Origin: Eledone cirrhosa
Taxonomy: Eukaryota
DNA: 64,000 nt
Assembly: GCA_964016885.1 (NCBI GenBank)
Contig: OZ024740.1
Location: 368,094,001-368,158,000, forward strand
Reading direction: 5' to 3'
The notes beneath the pieces are model-generated. The model was not told where the DNA came from. It saw nothing but the letters and a program-made list of their open reading frames with translations, and made no database searches. Below, one piece after another: positions 36,936 through 54,012 of the stretch. The position numbers and the translations under genes were made by a program. Position 1 is the first letter of the stretch, and each line of letters opens with the position of its first letter.

Positions 36936-37669
36936 ATATATATATGCAGACACGCTTGTATTTATATCTTGATATTTATGTAAATACTACATTTAATGCT
37001 AATAGATTTCCATCAATGTACATTATTATTTATGTCTTCAGAGTTGTTAAACAAATTATATAATTAAAATTCAGTACATATGTTTCTCCGATTTAAACAA
37101 AATATAAGATTACATAAATATAGCAGACATATTCTCATCTCAAATTTGCTAACCATTTTCACCCAGAGATTGTAGAGACAATTCCTGGTCAGCACTTTAG
37201 ATTTTCTCGTTTAATCATTGTTTATTTGAAAACGTCTTTCACCTGGTGGAAAAAAGCCTAAAGTTACTATATGCACTCACTAGGTTCTGTCTAGTGAAGG
37301 AGGATCGAAATTTTAAGGAAGGAACTGAAATGTGTGTCCCTACGTTGATGATCTCAAGTTAATAGTGAACACCAATATACTGAACGTTTGTATAAGCAAG
37401 GTTCTGGTGAAATGCAGTCACAAATCTAAAGCCCTTTTTCAAAGAGATGCACACCAGTTAATCTTCCTCTTTCTCTCTTGAATCTTACTCTCTCTCTATC
37501 TATGTCTCTCTCCATCTGTATATGCATGTGTGTGTGTGTATACATATATATATAGAGAGAGAGATAGAGGGAATGAGAGAGCGAGAGTCAAAGAGAGAGA
37601 AAGAGAGACAGTGAGTAGGAGCGAGAAAGAAAGCTGTGCAAAAGAAACTGATAACGAATAGTGTAACCG

Positions 37670-39684
37670 GGAGCATGTCCGTGCATCATTTTTGTCATTC
37701 CCTTTATGTGGGCCTGGCGTCTTATTTGGGTTCTCCCCGGTCCTCATGTGGGTGTTGCCTACAGATTGGTGGTTACTATGCACAATGATAGGCACAACTA
37801 CATCGGGGCAACATCCACGACGTTTAAATCGAGGATGAACAAATAAAAGGACTCGTTCAAAGACAGGAACAAGAGACACTCCACGAGACTGGCGGACCTA
37901 ATATGGGGACTCAAAGACAGTGGCACAGAGTTTGACCTCAGCTGGAGTATTGTCCAGCGTGCGAATGCTTACTCAGCTGGCGAGATGAGGTGCAAGTTGT
38001 GCCTGTCCGAGGCTATGGAGATAGTAAAACTAAAGGGCGACGCAGTTAACCTCAAATCTGAAATCATCATGTCCTGCAGACACCAACATAAATACACGCT
38101 CTTCGCTTTAGTGATACCAGATGGGTCTATCTAAGACACTACCGGTACGACAATGCCAGGTGGGCCGCATGCAGTGGGCCTCGATATGCCGCAGCATACC
38201 TATGAATGCAAGGCGGAACAAACTGATATCAACGATACCTACCTCGTAACGTACATTGGATAACACCATCCCACACACTTGAGGACGCCGACTCAATGTA
38301 AATCTGATTTTGTCTACAACCTTATGTGTGGTTTTCAATTTGAATTTGAATTTTTGATTTTTTAACTTTTAATTTTCGATTCGCGATGTTTAATTTGCAA
38401 CTTTCATGTTGGACTAGATGCTGGTCTTAAGGTTAGTGTTGCAGTTAATTCTAACTTTGCCTGTCGTTGCTATCTACACGCCTAAAACACAAACCGCTGG
38501 TATATTCCACTTATGCATCAATTCCATGTGCATTTCTTATATAATGTTATGAAACATATTCTATACCTTCGCGCTATATTCCATGTATGCATCCATTCCA
38601 TGTACGTTTCATATATACTATTATGAAAAGGATATTCTACACATTCACAATATATATAACTTGTTTGTGTATGCGCACACGGTCCCCTGTATCCACCAGT
38701 CATGAAACCTGTCTCATGTGCATGGTTGATGTGCACGCTGCTACCCAGTCCCCGGGATCGTCAGTCCCTCTGTATTTTATATAACCTATGCACCACAGTC
38801 CTCAAGTATTTTTATGTAACTTTATGCACATCCCAATAATGTCATGTATACATTCCTTTTTCCAGTATTTTATTTTATTTTATTTTATTTCATTTTATTT
38901 GATGTCCGTACACGCATTTATATATAGGTGCCACCCATGTTATCTGTGATTAGGGCATGGCTACTACGTAGCTATTACATTTATGCATATTGGGCATGCC
39001 CTTTCAGGCTTATATCGCCACATGAATCGGTTGGGTACAAGCCTCAAGAATGTTGTCTCATTAGATATTGTATGCGCCATGTGGCCAGTTGCGCATGTGT
39101 GTGAATATGTAGGTAATCATCAACTAGATATATTATGTGCATGTGTTGTTTGTTACTCACAGTTATTAACAATGGGATTATTTTAAGCCATTTATCGTCA
39201 ATAGGAGTTTGTTTGTAAATGTAAATTCCGCCGAATTACTGGCCATGTTGTTATTGTAGGTATATTATCTTATGCATGTTTTATCTATAAATTATCTTTA
39301 CTAGCGTTTGTATTAACCGTTATTAAGTATTGACTCCTGCATTGTACACCAATTGTCCTTGCTTATAACTTCTTTGCTTGTGTTTTTTTTCTTGTGATTC
39401 TTTTTGCTTGTGGTTTTTACTTTTACTTATACCTATTACACTTCCAACCAGTGCTGCCTGTAATTGTGTTATTTCAAGCAGAACATCTTTTTAACACTTG
39501 ACTATCCACATGATGCCTTTGACACTAATAACAATTATGTACCCTAAATGTTCTAAATGACTAGGATTCTAGTTACAAGTTTTCGACATTCCTTATGCTC
39601 CGATGAACCCAGACTTCCCTCTGGAAGAAACAATCGTCAGCTAATATATGTTCTAAACTAAAATTTGATCGTTTTAGCAGTTTG

Positions 39685-39685
<1 letters not shown>
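37670..39685 (+). mobile_element. 5'-truncated PLE: GIY-YIG C-terminus, long 3' region and an HHR variant
   Basis: 37748-38115 encodes VGVAYRLVV..HNYIGATSTTFKSRMNK*KDSF..STRLADLIWGLK..WSIV..RCKLCLSE..NLKSEIIMSCRHQHKY. Confidence 0.8.
39597..39641 (+). ncRNA. Hammerhead-like motif with a CCGA core
   Basis: GCT-CCGATGA-AC-CCAGA..TCTGG-AA-GAAA-CAATCG-TC^AGC. Confidence 0.6.
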
Positions 39686-40560
<875 letters not shown>

Positions 40561-40561
40561 A

Positions 40562-40880
40562 TCGTCATAATAATAAATTTGAAGACTAAAATCCAAAGAT
40601 GGCTCGATAAGGTTAAATATATATCAGATATATATAAGAACCATAGGGCAGATGTTTATTAAAATAACAGATTAAAGTTTAAGCAAAGAATCGCTGCTTT
40701 CACCCTTAACGGGATATTCTGAAAATTATAAAAGTCAATCTGTGAACGCAGAAATAAATATTTAAAACAACGTTGCAAGCGAAGGAAGGAAGACGATACA
40801 TTGGTTCGTGGAAACGTTCCCTGGCAAAGAATGGGAAAAAAACGAAGATAATACGTCAGTATTGGGTGCGTTGAAAACAA
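40562..40880 (-). mobile_element. Family X copy
   Basis: Reverse-complement homology, with core CAGAATA at 40715-40721. Confidence 0.75.
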
Positions 40881-40892
40881 TTATATATATAT

Positions 40893-41068
40893 ATAATCGT
40901 TTCTACTTTTGGTACAAGTTCAGCAATTACCCACAACATTAATAGTAGTTTATTTTATCGACCCCGTAACGATGAAAAGCAAAGTTGACCTCGGTGGGGC
41001 TTGAACTCAGAATGTAAAGGGCCGTAACACTATGCGTCAAAGCATGACGTCCGACCCTCTACCGATAC

Positions 41069-41069
<1 letters not shown>
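40893..41069 (-). mobile_element. tRNA-derived SINE, slightly 5'-truncated
   Basis: Homologous to 16033-16224. Confidence 0.8.
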
Positions 41070-41107
<38 letters not shown>

Positions 41108-41770
41108 CGACACTCCGGCCAAATTCCAACTCACTCAACAAACATTAGAAAATACCTGAGTATATTCCCAATTAAACGGTTGGGTGTTAACTATATTGTA
41201 TTATGTGGATAATTGGCTGTATTATTTCATATTAGATATATCAAAGATATCATTTCCCAGACGACTCGTTTCATTATAAGATTTCTACAAGTTGGGTGAA
41301 AATATACCAAGTTATGTAGAAGGTTGTATAAGATCAACAGATACTTATTCAAGTGGGCTTTTATAAATCTTCAGTGGGTAACCCAATAATATTAATATTA
41401 ATAACCAAATCAACATCAATATTTAGCGATAATCACAATCAGTGTTTGAGGGAGCTACTAGGTTGTTAGTCCAGCAGTTCTACAGAAAATCTCACACTGT
41501 CGCGAAAATGGGAGGAAGGAGGCTACCGCCAAAAACAATACATGCGCAGGTCGTTGAACTCTGACAAGAATTCAAGCCACGTGCTAAGAACTCAATTGGA
41601 TATGAAAAAATAATCATATGTGCGCACCGCTAAATGACACATCTAGATATTTTATCAGGGAAAATAACATAATGAGATACAAGAACTAACAATCAATATT
41701 CATATAAAAAATAAACAAAGAGAGTCATACCTTATATCGGGAAAGTTCATATCTGTTGCTCCAAGAGTAA

Positions 41771-41820
<50 letters not shown>

Positions 41821-41842
41821 GTTTCTACTTTAGGCACAATAT

Positions 41843-42015
41843 ATAGGAAAATGTTTAACCCCGATGGCTATTTCTGGAGTCGACAGATAGCCGTCGAATC
41901 GGCGTGAGCTCTGCCGTCAGGGTAAAATATTTTCCTATTTCACACACTACTACCCTATGTATTGAGTACACTCGTGCGTTATGGTCCATCTGGTTCCTTA
42001 CCACTCCTCCTTCGT

Positions 42016-42018
<3 letters not shown>
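41843..42018 (+). mobile_element. Family Y copy with a degenerate HHR
   Basis: ACCC..GATGGCTAT..ATAGCCGTC-GAAT-CGGC..GCCG-TC^AGGGT inside an outer stem TAGGAAAAT/ATTTTCCTA. The core is partly deleted. Confidence 0.6.
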
Positions 42019-42057
<39 letters not shown>

Positions 42058-42061
<4 letters not shown>

Positions 42062-42629
42062 CGACGGCCTATGCCTCCGTTAATTTATCGTGATTTTTCG
42101 CTCCTAACAACAGTCTTTCCTACCTCTGTTTGGTTGAGCACTCTTCTCTGAGTGGCTTTGGGCTGCCCTTTCTAGCAGTTCGTCTCTCAGAGGCCACTGG
42201 TTCACTGCCCTTAAGCACGCTGTGACTTCTCTCTCCCACGTGTAGCTGGACAGTCAATTGTAAAATTCTCTTAGTGTTGTCTGAAATGTATAGCCTTACA
42301 CACGCTGATGAACCGAGACTAGAACATTTCTTTCAACAACTTTTCTGGTGAAACATATCTTTGGATTTGTACGTGTGTTATATAGTTATAGAGGTATTTA
42401 TTTACGCTTTAATTTATATTTTTAATTATCGTGTCTATAGTCTGCCTTTCATGGGTTATAGATTCCATACACTGGTGGTTTTTTCCCTGTATTATTGATG
42501 ACGCACTATATATCTCTCTGTGGTGTGTTACCTTCTCAACATATTATATTTTAAAGGGCTCAGGATCTCTTCCCCTTTGAGCACATTATTTACAGGGAAT
42601 AACGACGGCCTATGCCTCCGTTAATTTAT

Positions 42630-42635
<6 letters not shown>
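42058..42635 (+). mobile_element. Non-coding 541-bp HHR-bearing monomer with 37-bp terminal redundancy, in (TA)n
   Basis: ATAACGACGGCCTATGCCTCCGTTAATTTATCGTGAT at 42058-42094 and 42599-42635. Confidence 0.8.
42298..42378 (+). ncRNA. Type-I hammerhead ribozyme with a stable helix III
   Basis: ACACACG-CTGATGA-ACC..GGT-GAAA-CATATC TTTG GATTTG-TA^CGTGTGT. Confidence 0.8.
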
Positions 42636-42695
<60 letters not shown>

Positions 42696-42775
42696 GTGTA
42701 TAATGGATGCTAATATGCTTCCATAGGCGGTATGCCAAAATTAGCACTCGATATTCATCAGAGTAGTGTGTAGAT

Positions 42776-45893
<3,118 letters not shown>

Positions 45894-45982
45894 ATATATA
45901 TATATATATTATATAACGAAAGTGGTGTGATCAGGAACCAGATGGACCATAATGCACCAGAGTACTCAATACTTAGGGATTA

Positions 45983-46020
45983 CGAGCTGAGGATCCGCTA
46001 AGGTGAAACAATCGTTCTCG
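45983..46020 (+). ncRNA. Minimal type-I hammerhead ribozyme (38 nt)
   Basis: CGAG-CTGAGGA-TCCGCTAAGGT-GAAA-CAATCG-TT^CTCG. Confidence 0.7.
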
Positions 46021-46051
46021 GTATGGTGAAAACTAACTGTTGTGTAACCAC

Positions 46052-46089
<38 letters not shown>

Positions 46090-46091
<2 letters not shown>

Positions 46092-46276
46092 TTGTATATA
46101 AGAAAAAGTATGACCCGGACAGTAGAGCTCAAGCCGATTCAAATGGATATATCTGGACTCAGAAATAGCCCTCGAAACGACTTGAGCTCTTCCGTCGGGA
46201 TCATACTTTTTACTATTACCCAATCTACTACCCTAAGTATTGAGTAATCTAGTGCGTTATGGTCCATCCGGTTCCT
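46090..46276 (+). mobile_element. Family Y copy with a fold-back centred in HHR loop II
   Basis: AAAAGTATGA..AGAGCTCAAG..|..GAAA-CGACTTGAGCTCTTCCG-TC-GGGATCATACTTTT. Confidence 0.6.
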
Positions 46277-46371
46277 AACCACATCTCCTTCGTTATATTT
46301 ATATATATATTTTATACATATATATATATACATATATACATAAATACATGTGTATATATATATATATATAG

Positions 46372-47498
46372 TAATAATAATAAATTTCAAGACTAAAATC
46401 CAAAGAGGGCTCGATAAGGATAAATATATATCAAATATATAAGAACCGTAGAGCAAATATTTATTAAAATAACAGATTAAAGTTAAAGCAAAAAATCGCT
46501 GCTTTCACCCTTAACGGGATCTTCTGAAACTAACAGAGTCAATCTGTAAACGCAGAAGTGGATATTTCAAAAAACGTTGCAACCGGAGGAAGACAGGAAG
46601 ACGATACTTTGGTTCGTGGAAACGTTCGCTGGCAAAGAACGGGTAAAAACGAATAAGATACGTCATTAATAGGAGCGGTGAAAGCTATTAGGCGCAAAGA
46701 CAGAACCACGTTTATGGTATAAAAGAGGTCGTAGACTAATGTTTTCTTAGGTGGTTCAGAGAGACGTTCTCTGGCAATGAACGAAAACAACGAAGATAAT
46801 ACGCCATATGTGGAGCGTGGAGAACAATAGCACGCAAAGACAAAACCACTTAATTGTATAGCAGAAGCCGTAGACTAAAATTCTAACTTGGAGACCGAAT
46901 GAATCTCCGCTACAGAGTTAAGAACAAAGTAAATAAATACAATACAGAAGAAATAGAAATAAATAAATACATACACGCAAACAAATACGTACATACACAA
47001 GCATACGCAAAACACTTACCATAGGTATACAAAACCATGCCCATATAAATATGTGTGTGTGTATGCGTGTATACAAATAAATAAATAAATAATTATATAA
47101 ACGTATATAACAAGCGCACACACATACCTACATGTAAATACACGAATGTTCGGAGACGTAAGTCAACCAAAACATGAAGTACACATATACACACACCCTA
47201 CATACGTACGAACCTGCTTACTCACACAGACGCAAAACTCCCGTATACACATAGCGGTTCTGTCTTTGCGCGTAATTGCTTTTCACCGCTCCTATTAATG
47301 ACGTATCTTATTTGTTTTTCCCGTTCTTTGCCAGCGAACGTTTCCACGAACCAAAGTATCGTCTTCCTGTCTTCCTCCGGTTGCAACGTGTTTTGAAATA
47401 TCCACTTCTGCGTTTACAGATTGACTTTGTTAGTTTCAGAATATCCCGTTAAGGGTGAAAGCAGCGATTCTTTGCTTAAACTTTAATCTGTTATTTTA

Positions 47499-47505
<7 letters not shown>
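46372..47505. mobile_element. Head-to-head family X pair (46372 to about 46900 minus; 47255-47505 plus)
   Basis: Inverted homology. HHR-like motifs at 46473-46546(-) and 47417-47490(+). Confidence 0.8.
47417..47490 (+). ncRNA. Family X extended type-I hammerhead-like fold with a CAGA core
   Basis: CAGATTGA-ctttgtt-AGTTT-CAGAATA-TCCCGTTAAGGGT-GAAA-GCAGCGATTCTTTGC-TT^AAACT-TTAATCTG. Confidence 0.65.
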
Positions 47506-47560
<55 letters not shown>

Positions 47561-50500
47561 TTGTGTATGTGTGTCTATATATGTATGTTTGCATGCATGA
47601 ATGCATACGCCAAATTGGGTGAATTGGTTGACCAAATGCTTTGGTTAATTGCTTTATATATTTTTGAAATAAAATTATTCTTGCTCTTAGATTTCAGGTA
47701 TTTTTTGAAAGCAAAGCATTGGCCCTTAAAATACTACATTAGACCCTGCAATGCTACCGTGGGTCTCCTAGGCCCCCGGTAGCATTGCGCAAACTAGCAA
47801 CCTAGCTAGTCCGCCACTGTATATATATAATAAACACATGTACGTATTTTACGTATATAGTACAAACTATTTCGACATGCTGTCGCGTATGTGTATATGT
47901 GTGTGCTTGTGTGTATGTTCATATGTTTACATTCATAAGGATGAGTACATAAGTAAAAAAAGTGCTTACAAAAATAGACACTCATAATTTATTTACTTCC
48001 TAACTGTTATGTCAGATATCATAATTTTGTTTTATATTTGAGTTTTCTTATCTGCATCGAAATAACCTGACGATGAAGTGTTTCTTGACGTGGTTTACTT
48101 TCTGCCAGGAATATATTAACGATAAATGAATAACTTGGAAGTGCCGAGGAAAATCCATGTCAATTTCATATAATATGTGGATACAAATCATCAGGCATTT
48201 CAAGAAGACATTGTGTAACATCCTTTCAAACTAATCATACGATTCAGTGTCTTTGTGTTGCATTCCCATTTATATCTACTAGTACCTTACCAGAATAGTT
48301 GCTTGCAACAGTATCAATAAAATGTCGATTTTTGAAAGGCACAATGTGTCCATTGGAAACAAAATATAGATCATCACTGCGAGTCTGATTAAAGCAGTAT
48401 TTAATGTAAATCACACATCAAGCAATTTGAATTTAACGATCCCTTCGCTTTTGCTTTACCGAAATCCATTTATAATATGTTATTGAGGGAATGTTTAATC
48501 AGTATGAAACGAGTTGAGTCAATTTTACGAAGCGAGGCTCTACCATCTTGATATTTTCTTTAGTACAACATGATGTTTAAAATCTACTTAAGGATTACTA
48601 ACATATATACATATTTATATAATCATGCATAATTCCACCATATTCAAACAGTATGACGCAATCTGGCATTTTGAATGATAGTTTACACACTCCTAATGAT
48701 TTTATTTTATTGGATCATTAGAGAAGATCTTTTTTTTACTGAACCCCCCCCCCAAAAAAAAAAGGAAAATTGCAGCTCACTAGCTCTGTGTTTATAAGGA
48801 AATGTATGTTGGGCAAAGGGTGTAATCCCAAAATTACCGTGCAAATATATTTACTCGATTTCATGATCGAAAAGCTGGCCACTATGTTGGAAGAAGCGGT
48901 GTCTCATATCAGGTATTGTTCAGTATAGCTATTTGTATTGTTCTAACCTTTTCATTTGTTATGAAATATATATCTCTTATCATTTATATCTTGAATAAGA
49001 GCATAAAATATATTTTGACCAAGTCCTCAATCTATTGACAGGAAATGTGTATTGCAATATATTATCGTAAAATACTTTGACTTATAATGATATAGCGAAA
49101 TATTAACCTCTTGACAGGAACATATGGATAGCTTAGGAACACTAATACATAAAGTCTAAGTATATTCATATTTGTATATGACGCTGCACTGTCCTAGATA
49201 ATGTAACAAATATTTATCGAGAGCAAGGAAAAGAACAAAAAAAAAAGACTTATCACAATATTTCCGTTGCAAAATCTATAAATCCCTTCTCGTATTGAGA
49301 ATATTCGAGGATTGCCATATTAAATATCACTATTCATTTTCTCACTTGCTTGAAATATGTGTAGTTAGATATATTGAAATACAAAAATGATTTATCCTGT
49401 TGATATATGGTTAATACAGTCTCCGTTACAAAATACTTGAATGTTCTGAGTTTATAGGAGCAAATTTCGATTATAAGCGCATTATTTCATAGGATATTCT
49501 CATTGCTATAGCAAGACAACAATGTTATATATTCTGTGGCAGGAAACAACGTCAGGGTAATCATTCTCATGTGACCTTATTATATATGATGACATACACA
49601 ACAGATAATAAAACGAAGAACATTGAACCTTGAATACGGCATTATAGAATTGTACTTTGGAGATATAGCATGCTACTTTGATTGTCAATAAAGAAATGTA
49701 ACTTCCAACCGTACAAAACGGTGTTGTGAATGATTGCAGGAAATATGCATAAAATAAATATTTTTCACGTTTCTAATGATTTTCTTTGCTTATTTTTGTT
49801 TGGATATCCTCAGATTATACATTGAGTTATAGAGATTTTGAGGCGAGGCCGCTTCTATTCTCTAATTTGAACATTGCTTTCATTGGATGATTTCGACAAA
49901 AAGATTAGTTTTTTTAAGGTAAATTACGACAGGTGACACTTGCATATCTAAAAATTATTTCTTTTCTGCATAGAGACAAACGTATGAAGTTGTCAGTAAA
50001 CAACAGTTTTAATGAACTGTCTCGTTACATAACTGATATTCTCTTTATCATTTCAGTGTGATAAACGCCAAATATAGCCAAAGTGAATTAAAAATGATAG
50101 CATATGTCTAAGAATTAAAGGACATTACACCTTGTAATACTAACTAGTTGACTTGATTGTATTGAGAGAACTTTAAAAGGAATCTCCTCAAAACCATTCT
50201 CTTTAAATAGCACTTTTGAAATACGTACGGCAAAGTTCGATAATGGCTGCAAAATTCTAACTAGAAGAATTTCACTAAACACGTGGTGTTCTATGTCTGA
50301 ACTGATGTGGTGAAACTATCAGTAAAAGATGTGGAGTTTTGGGTTATGAGTTTCAGTTTTCTTTTGTGTTGTGTATAGATGGACATGCGTTTAATGTTTC
50401 ACAAATTTATCACTCTCTGCTGGGGCCAAGGCGACGTACGTATGGCTATGAAAAGTTAGCATGCATTGCTGCAGATCCAATCAGACAGCTTAAATCATAT

Positions 50501-51472
50501 GCCATTAATGTGTCTTTGGTTAGGGAATGGAAAGGTTTCCTAAATATTTCAATTATAATCTGACAATACATGCGCAGAGACGAAGAACGCTTAGCAGAGG
50601 CCATGTTTAAAGATGCGAAGATCGAGGTTATTTTGAAAGATGAGTATCAACGGGCTATGCATCTATAGGAATAAACCTAATAATGATGAAATTTTAAGAT
50701 TATAGGTTTCCCACAGTGATGGCATGAATATTAAATAGAAGAGGTGTGGGTATGCAGTCACGGAGATAATGATTAACGTAGGATATTTAGATCTTCAAAA
50801 TTGATATAGATTTACATTATAGTTCTGATTATATATTATTCTCATTTACCAATCGTATTATCTGTATTTTCAATGCTAACATTATATTTAATACACATTA
50901 TCAAATTCACACGAGATGATTTAATAGTTTGAAATATTTATATTTAACCCATTATAAAGTGTGTCAGTTTAACACGATGATATATTCATTGCTTTTGTAC
51001 AATTTCGTTAAATATTGCTTAGATATCTATCGAAACGTTTCCTATGAACTTAGCTTATCTCTACCACACGATATATATCAGCGAATACTTCAATAAACAT
51101 TAACCTGACTAAATATCAGAAACTAATTCAAATGCTAGACATGAAACGAAATCAAGTTTGGCTGATATATTTTTTCATTGTGAAACTTTATTGCGAAAGT
51201 CAGTTTGCATAAATAATACTAAATACAAATGAACATAATTATTCGTAGTTCGGCAAAGCATAAAATAATATACAATATGTTTAAGATTATCCATGTCAAC
51301 TTTCATTGAGTAGATGTATGATGAAAGGAACTACAGTCATGTCAATCGCAACACTTTAGTAAGATGATCTGGTTTCCATTATGAATTGTTCGAGGGTGAT
51401 TTGAGAACTGTGAATGCTATTCCCTTTGGATCAAACTATAACTATATTTATTGTTATAAAACAAGAACGGTA

Positions 51473-51654
51473 ATAATTGTTTCTACTGTTGGCACAAGGC
51501 CAGCAATTACCCGGTACAATGGGTACTTTATTCTATAGATCCCGTAAGGATGAAATGGCATAGTTAACCTCGACGGGGTTTGATCTCAGGCCATAAAGGG
51601 ACATAACTATGTTAGAAAGCATCGCGTCCAACACTCTACCGATACTGCGAATTC
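51473..51654 (-). mobile_element. tRNA-derived SINE with a 15-bp TSD
   Basis: TSD AAGAACGGTAATAAT at 51463-51477 and 51662-51676. Confidence 0.8.
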
Positions 51655-52019
51655 GCGTACTAAGAACGGTAATAATGTAATGTCATGTAGTTAACATTCC
51701 GACACTCACATACAAGTAAACATAGAGAGAGAGAGGGAGAGATAGAGATAGAGAGAGAGAGAGAGAGAGAGAGTGTGATAGAGAGATAGAGACTGGGAGA
51801 GTGAGAGAAAGAGAGAGAATAAGGTACAGAGCTACGTGAGCACACGTACACACATGTACGTGCATATTGATAAGCAGATACTTCACGAATTCGAAAGAAT
51901 GATTGCATGCCAAATCTCCTCGTAGTCTGTTTTTGTTGCATTTCATGCAAAACAATGTTTTATTATATATCACGTTGTTCTACTTGCAATTTTGTCACAT
52001 GAGTACCAGAAGATGTCTG

Positions 52020-52078
<59 letters not shown>

Positions 52079-52230
52079 GGATACTATTTATGATTATGTA
52101 TATACTAAAACATTTTATAGTTATGTATATTTTAAACCCTAAACAGTGAAGGTCAGTAATTTATTACTACCTTATTACCAGTAAGATAAATAGCTCAATG
52201 TAATAACATCAGTTGTTCTACAGAACAGTT

Positions 52231-52945
52231 ATATAGAATTCACAAGAATCAAAGCTATGTTCAAAGCATTTATTCACTTACAATTGTTTTATCCAAACTT
52301 AGGCTTGGAGTCTTCGGAGCATTTTTCAATGTTTCTACACATAATTGACCTCCTTTCCAACGCAAGAGACATACAGATACATATATATATATATATATTG
52401 ATGTACAGTGGAGTGAGATATATGATACTATATTATATCTGTATATCAATTCAAATTCAAAATCAAATTTAAAATTAAAATTAAAATTTTAAAAAATTAA
52501 AACAAAATTAAAATACATTCGGCAGTTAACACAGATAATGCAAGAGGATAGTTTGTTAGTCAGATGTAGTAGTTAGTGTATGCGTTAGTTACACGTGGGG
52601 CATGCAAGTGTGTCTCATTTATATACGATTATTGTGTGGCAGGGTGTTACATGTAATACAAGCACTTTAAGCGGATAAGTAAGAGTATTATGGTGGTTGT
52701 AGTGGTAAGGTAGTATGGTAAGTTTGTGTGCAGAAAAATAAAAATAAAAAGGAGAAGCAAAAGAAAGTTATGTACATCAGTATATATATATATGTATCTG
52801 TATGTCTCTTGCGTTGGAAAGGAGGTCAAATATGTGTACAAACATTGAAAAATGCTCCGAAGACACCAAGCGTAAGTTTGGATGAAACAATTATAACTGA
52901 ATAAATGCTTCGAACATAGCTTTGATTCTTGTGAATTCTATATAT
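52231..52945. mobile_element. Inverted pseudo-LTR-like pair (52231-52407 and 52771-52945), each with a CCGAAGA-core hammerhead-like motif
   Basis: Two-copy consensus GCT-CCGAAGA-C(T/A)CCAAGC..GTTTGGAT-GAAA-CAATT(G)-TA^A(G)T at 52854-52898(+) and 52276-52320(-). Confidence 0.7.
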
Positions 52946-52960
52946 ATATACGATATATAT

Positions 52961-53187
52961 CCACGAACCAAAGTATCGTCTTCCTGTCTTCCTCCGGTTG
53001 CAACGTTTTTTTAAATATCCACTTCTGCGTTTACAGATTGACTTTGTTAGTTTCAGAAGCAGCGATTCTTTGCTTAAACTTTATTCTGTTATTTTAATAA
53101 ATATTTGCTCTACGGTTCTTATATATTTGATATATATTTATCCTCATCGAGCCATCTTTGGATTTTATTCTTCAAATCTATTATTAT

Positions 53188-53190
<3 letters not shown>
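52961..53190 (+). mobile_element. Family X copy with stem II deleted
   Basis: AGTTTCAGAAG joined directly to CAGCGATTCTTTGCTTAAACT. Confidence 0.75.
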
Positions 53191-53250
<60 letters not shown>

Positions 53251-53358
53251 GAAGGAATTGTGGTAAGGAACCAGATGGACCATAACGCACCAAAGTACTC
53301 AGTACTTGGTGTAGTAGAAAAACGGGTTGAGCTCTGCCGTCGGTGTCATACTTGTTTC

Positions 53359-53441
<83 letters not shown>

Positions 53442-53787
53442 ATATATATATAGCTAGGCAGACAGATGTATAGATAGAGAGATATTTAGATAGATGTTAC
53501 TACCAAATAACCATTACTGTATTTGGATTGCTTAATGTGTGGATTTTCTGAAACCTACTTTTCTGGTGGCCAGCAATTAAAAATATACCTATGTGTATGT
53601 AATTGTGATACAAAAAAAAACATTCACTTTTATTCGCTGTCTTGTTTGTTCGGAAATATAGGGGCATATAGACAAAAAACGTATTCTTGGATAGATTGCA
53701 AATGAGATAGTGACAAACACAAATAATTTCACATTTAGGTGACGCCGTGCAATATGTAATATGAGAAAGAAATTGTCATGAACTTAC

Positions 53788-54012
53788 CTTTGGAACAAAG
53801 AGAAGGCACAATGTGATGGTTGTACAAAATATTATGAAAAGACCTATAATGATGAAAGCTGACGTGGGCTTGTCTTTGATGATTATAGAAACCGCAGCTC
53901 CACATGTACACATTATCACCACATTGTAGACACTCATGCCGATATATTTAGAATCGTTTAAGGCAGGGATGCTCACATGACGTGTTTCCCAGGCTAAGAA
54001 ACAACCAATTAC
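53788..54012 (-). CDS. GABBR2: Internal coding exon of GABA-B receptor subunit 2 (class C GPCR), end of TM5 through TM7
   Basis: Acceptor TTTTTTCAG, donor AAG|GTAAGT, 225 bp, phase 0-0. Encodes [75 protein letters not shown], which matches the GABA-B2 signature [27 protein letters not shown]..TLCLxFVPK. Confidence 0.93.

Noticed and set aside
42700-42775. CTGATGA on the minus strand next to family Z
   Set aside because: It has GAAG instead of GAAA and no convincing helix I or UH site. At best a relic.
47730-47820. Hairpin CAATGCTACCG..CGGTAGCATTG followed by TCCGCCACTG-TA
   Set aside because: It looks like one end of a MITE, but I found no matching left terminus.
50571-50670. Short protein-like stretch MRRDEERLAEAMFKDAKIEVILKDEYQRA on the plus strand
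   Set aside because: It is on the wrong strand for GABBR2, with no recognisable family or supported splice sites.
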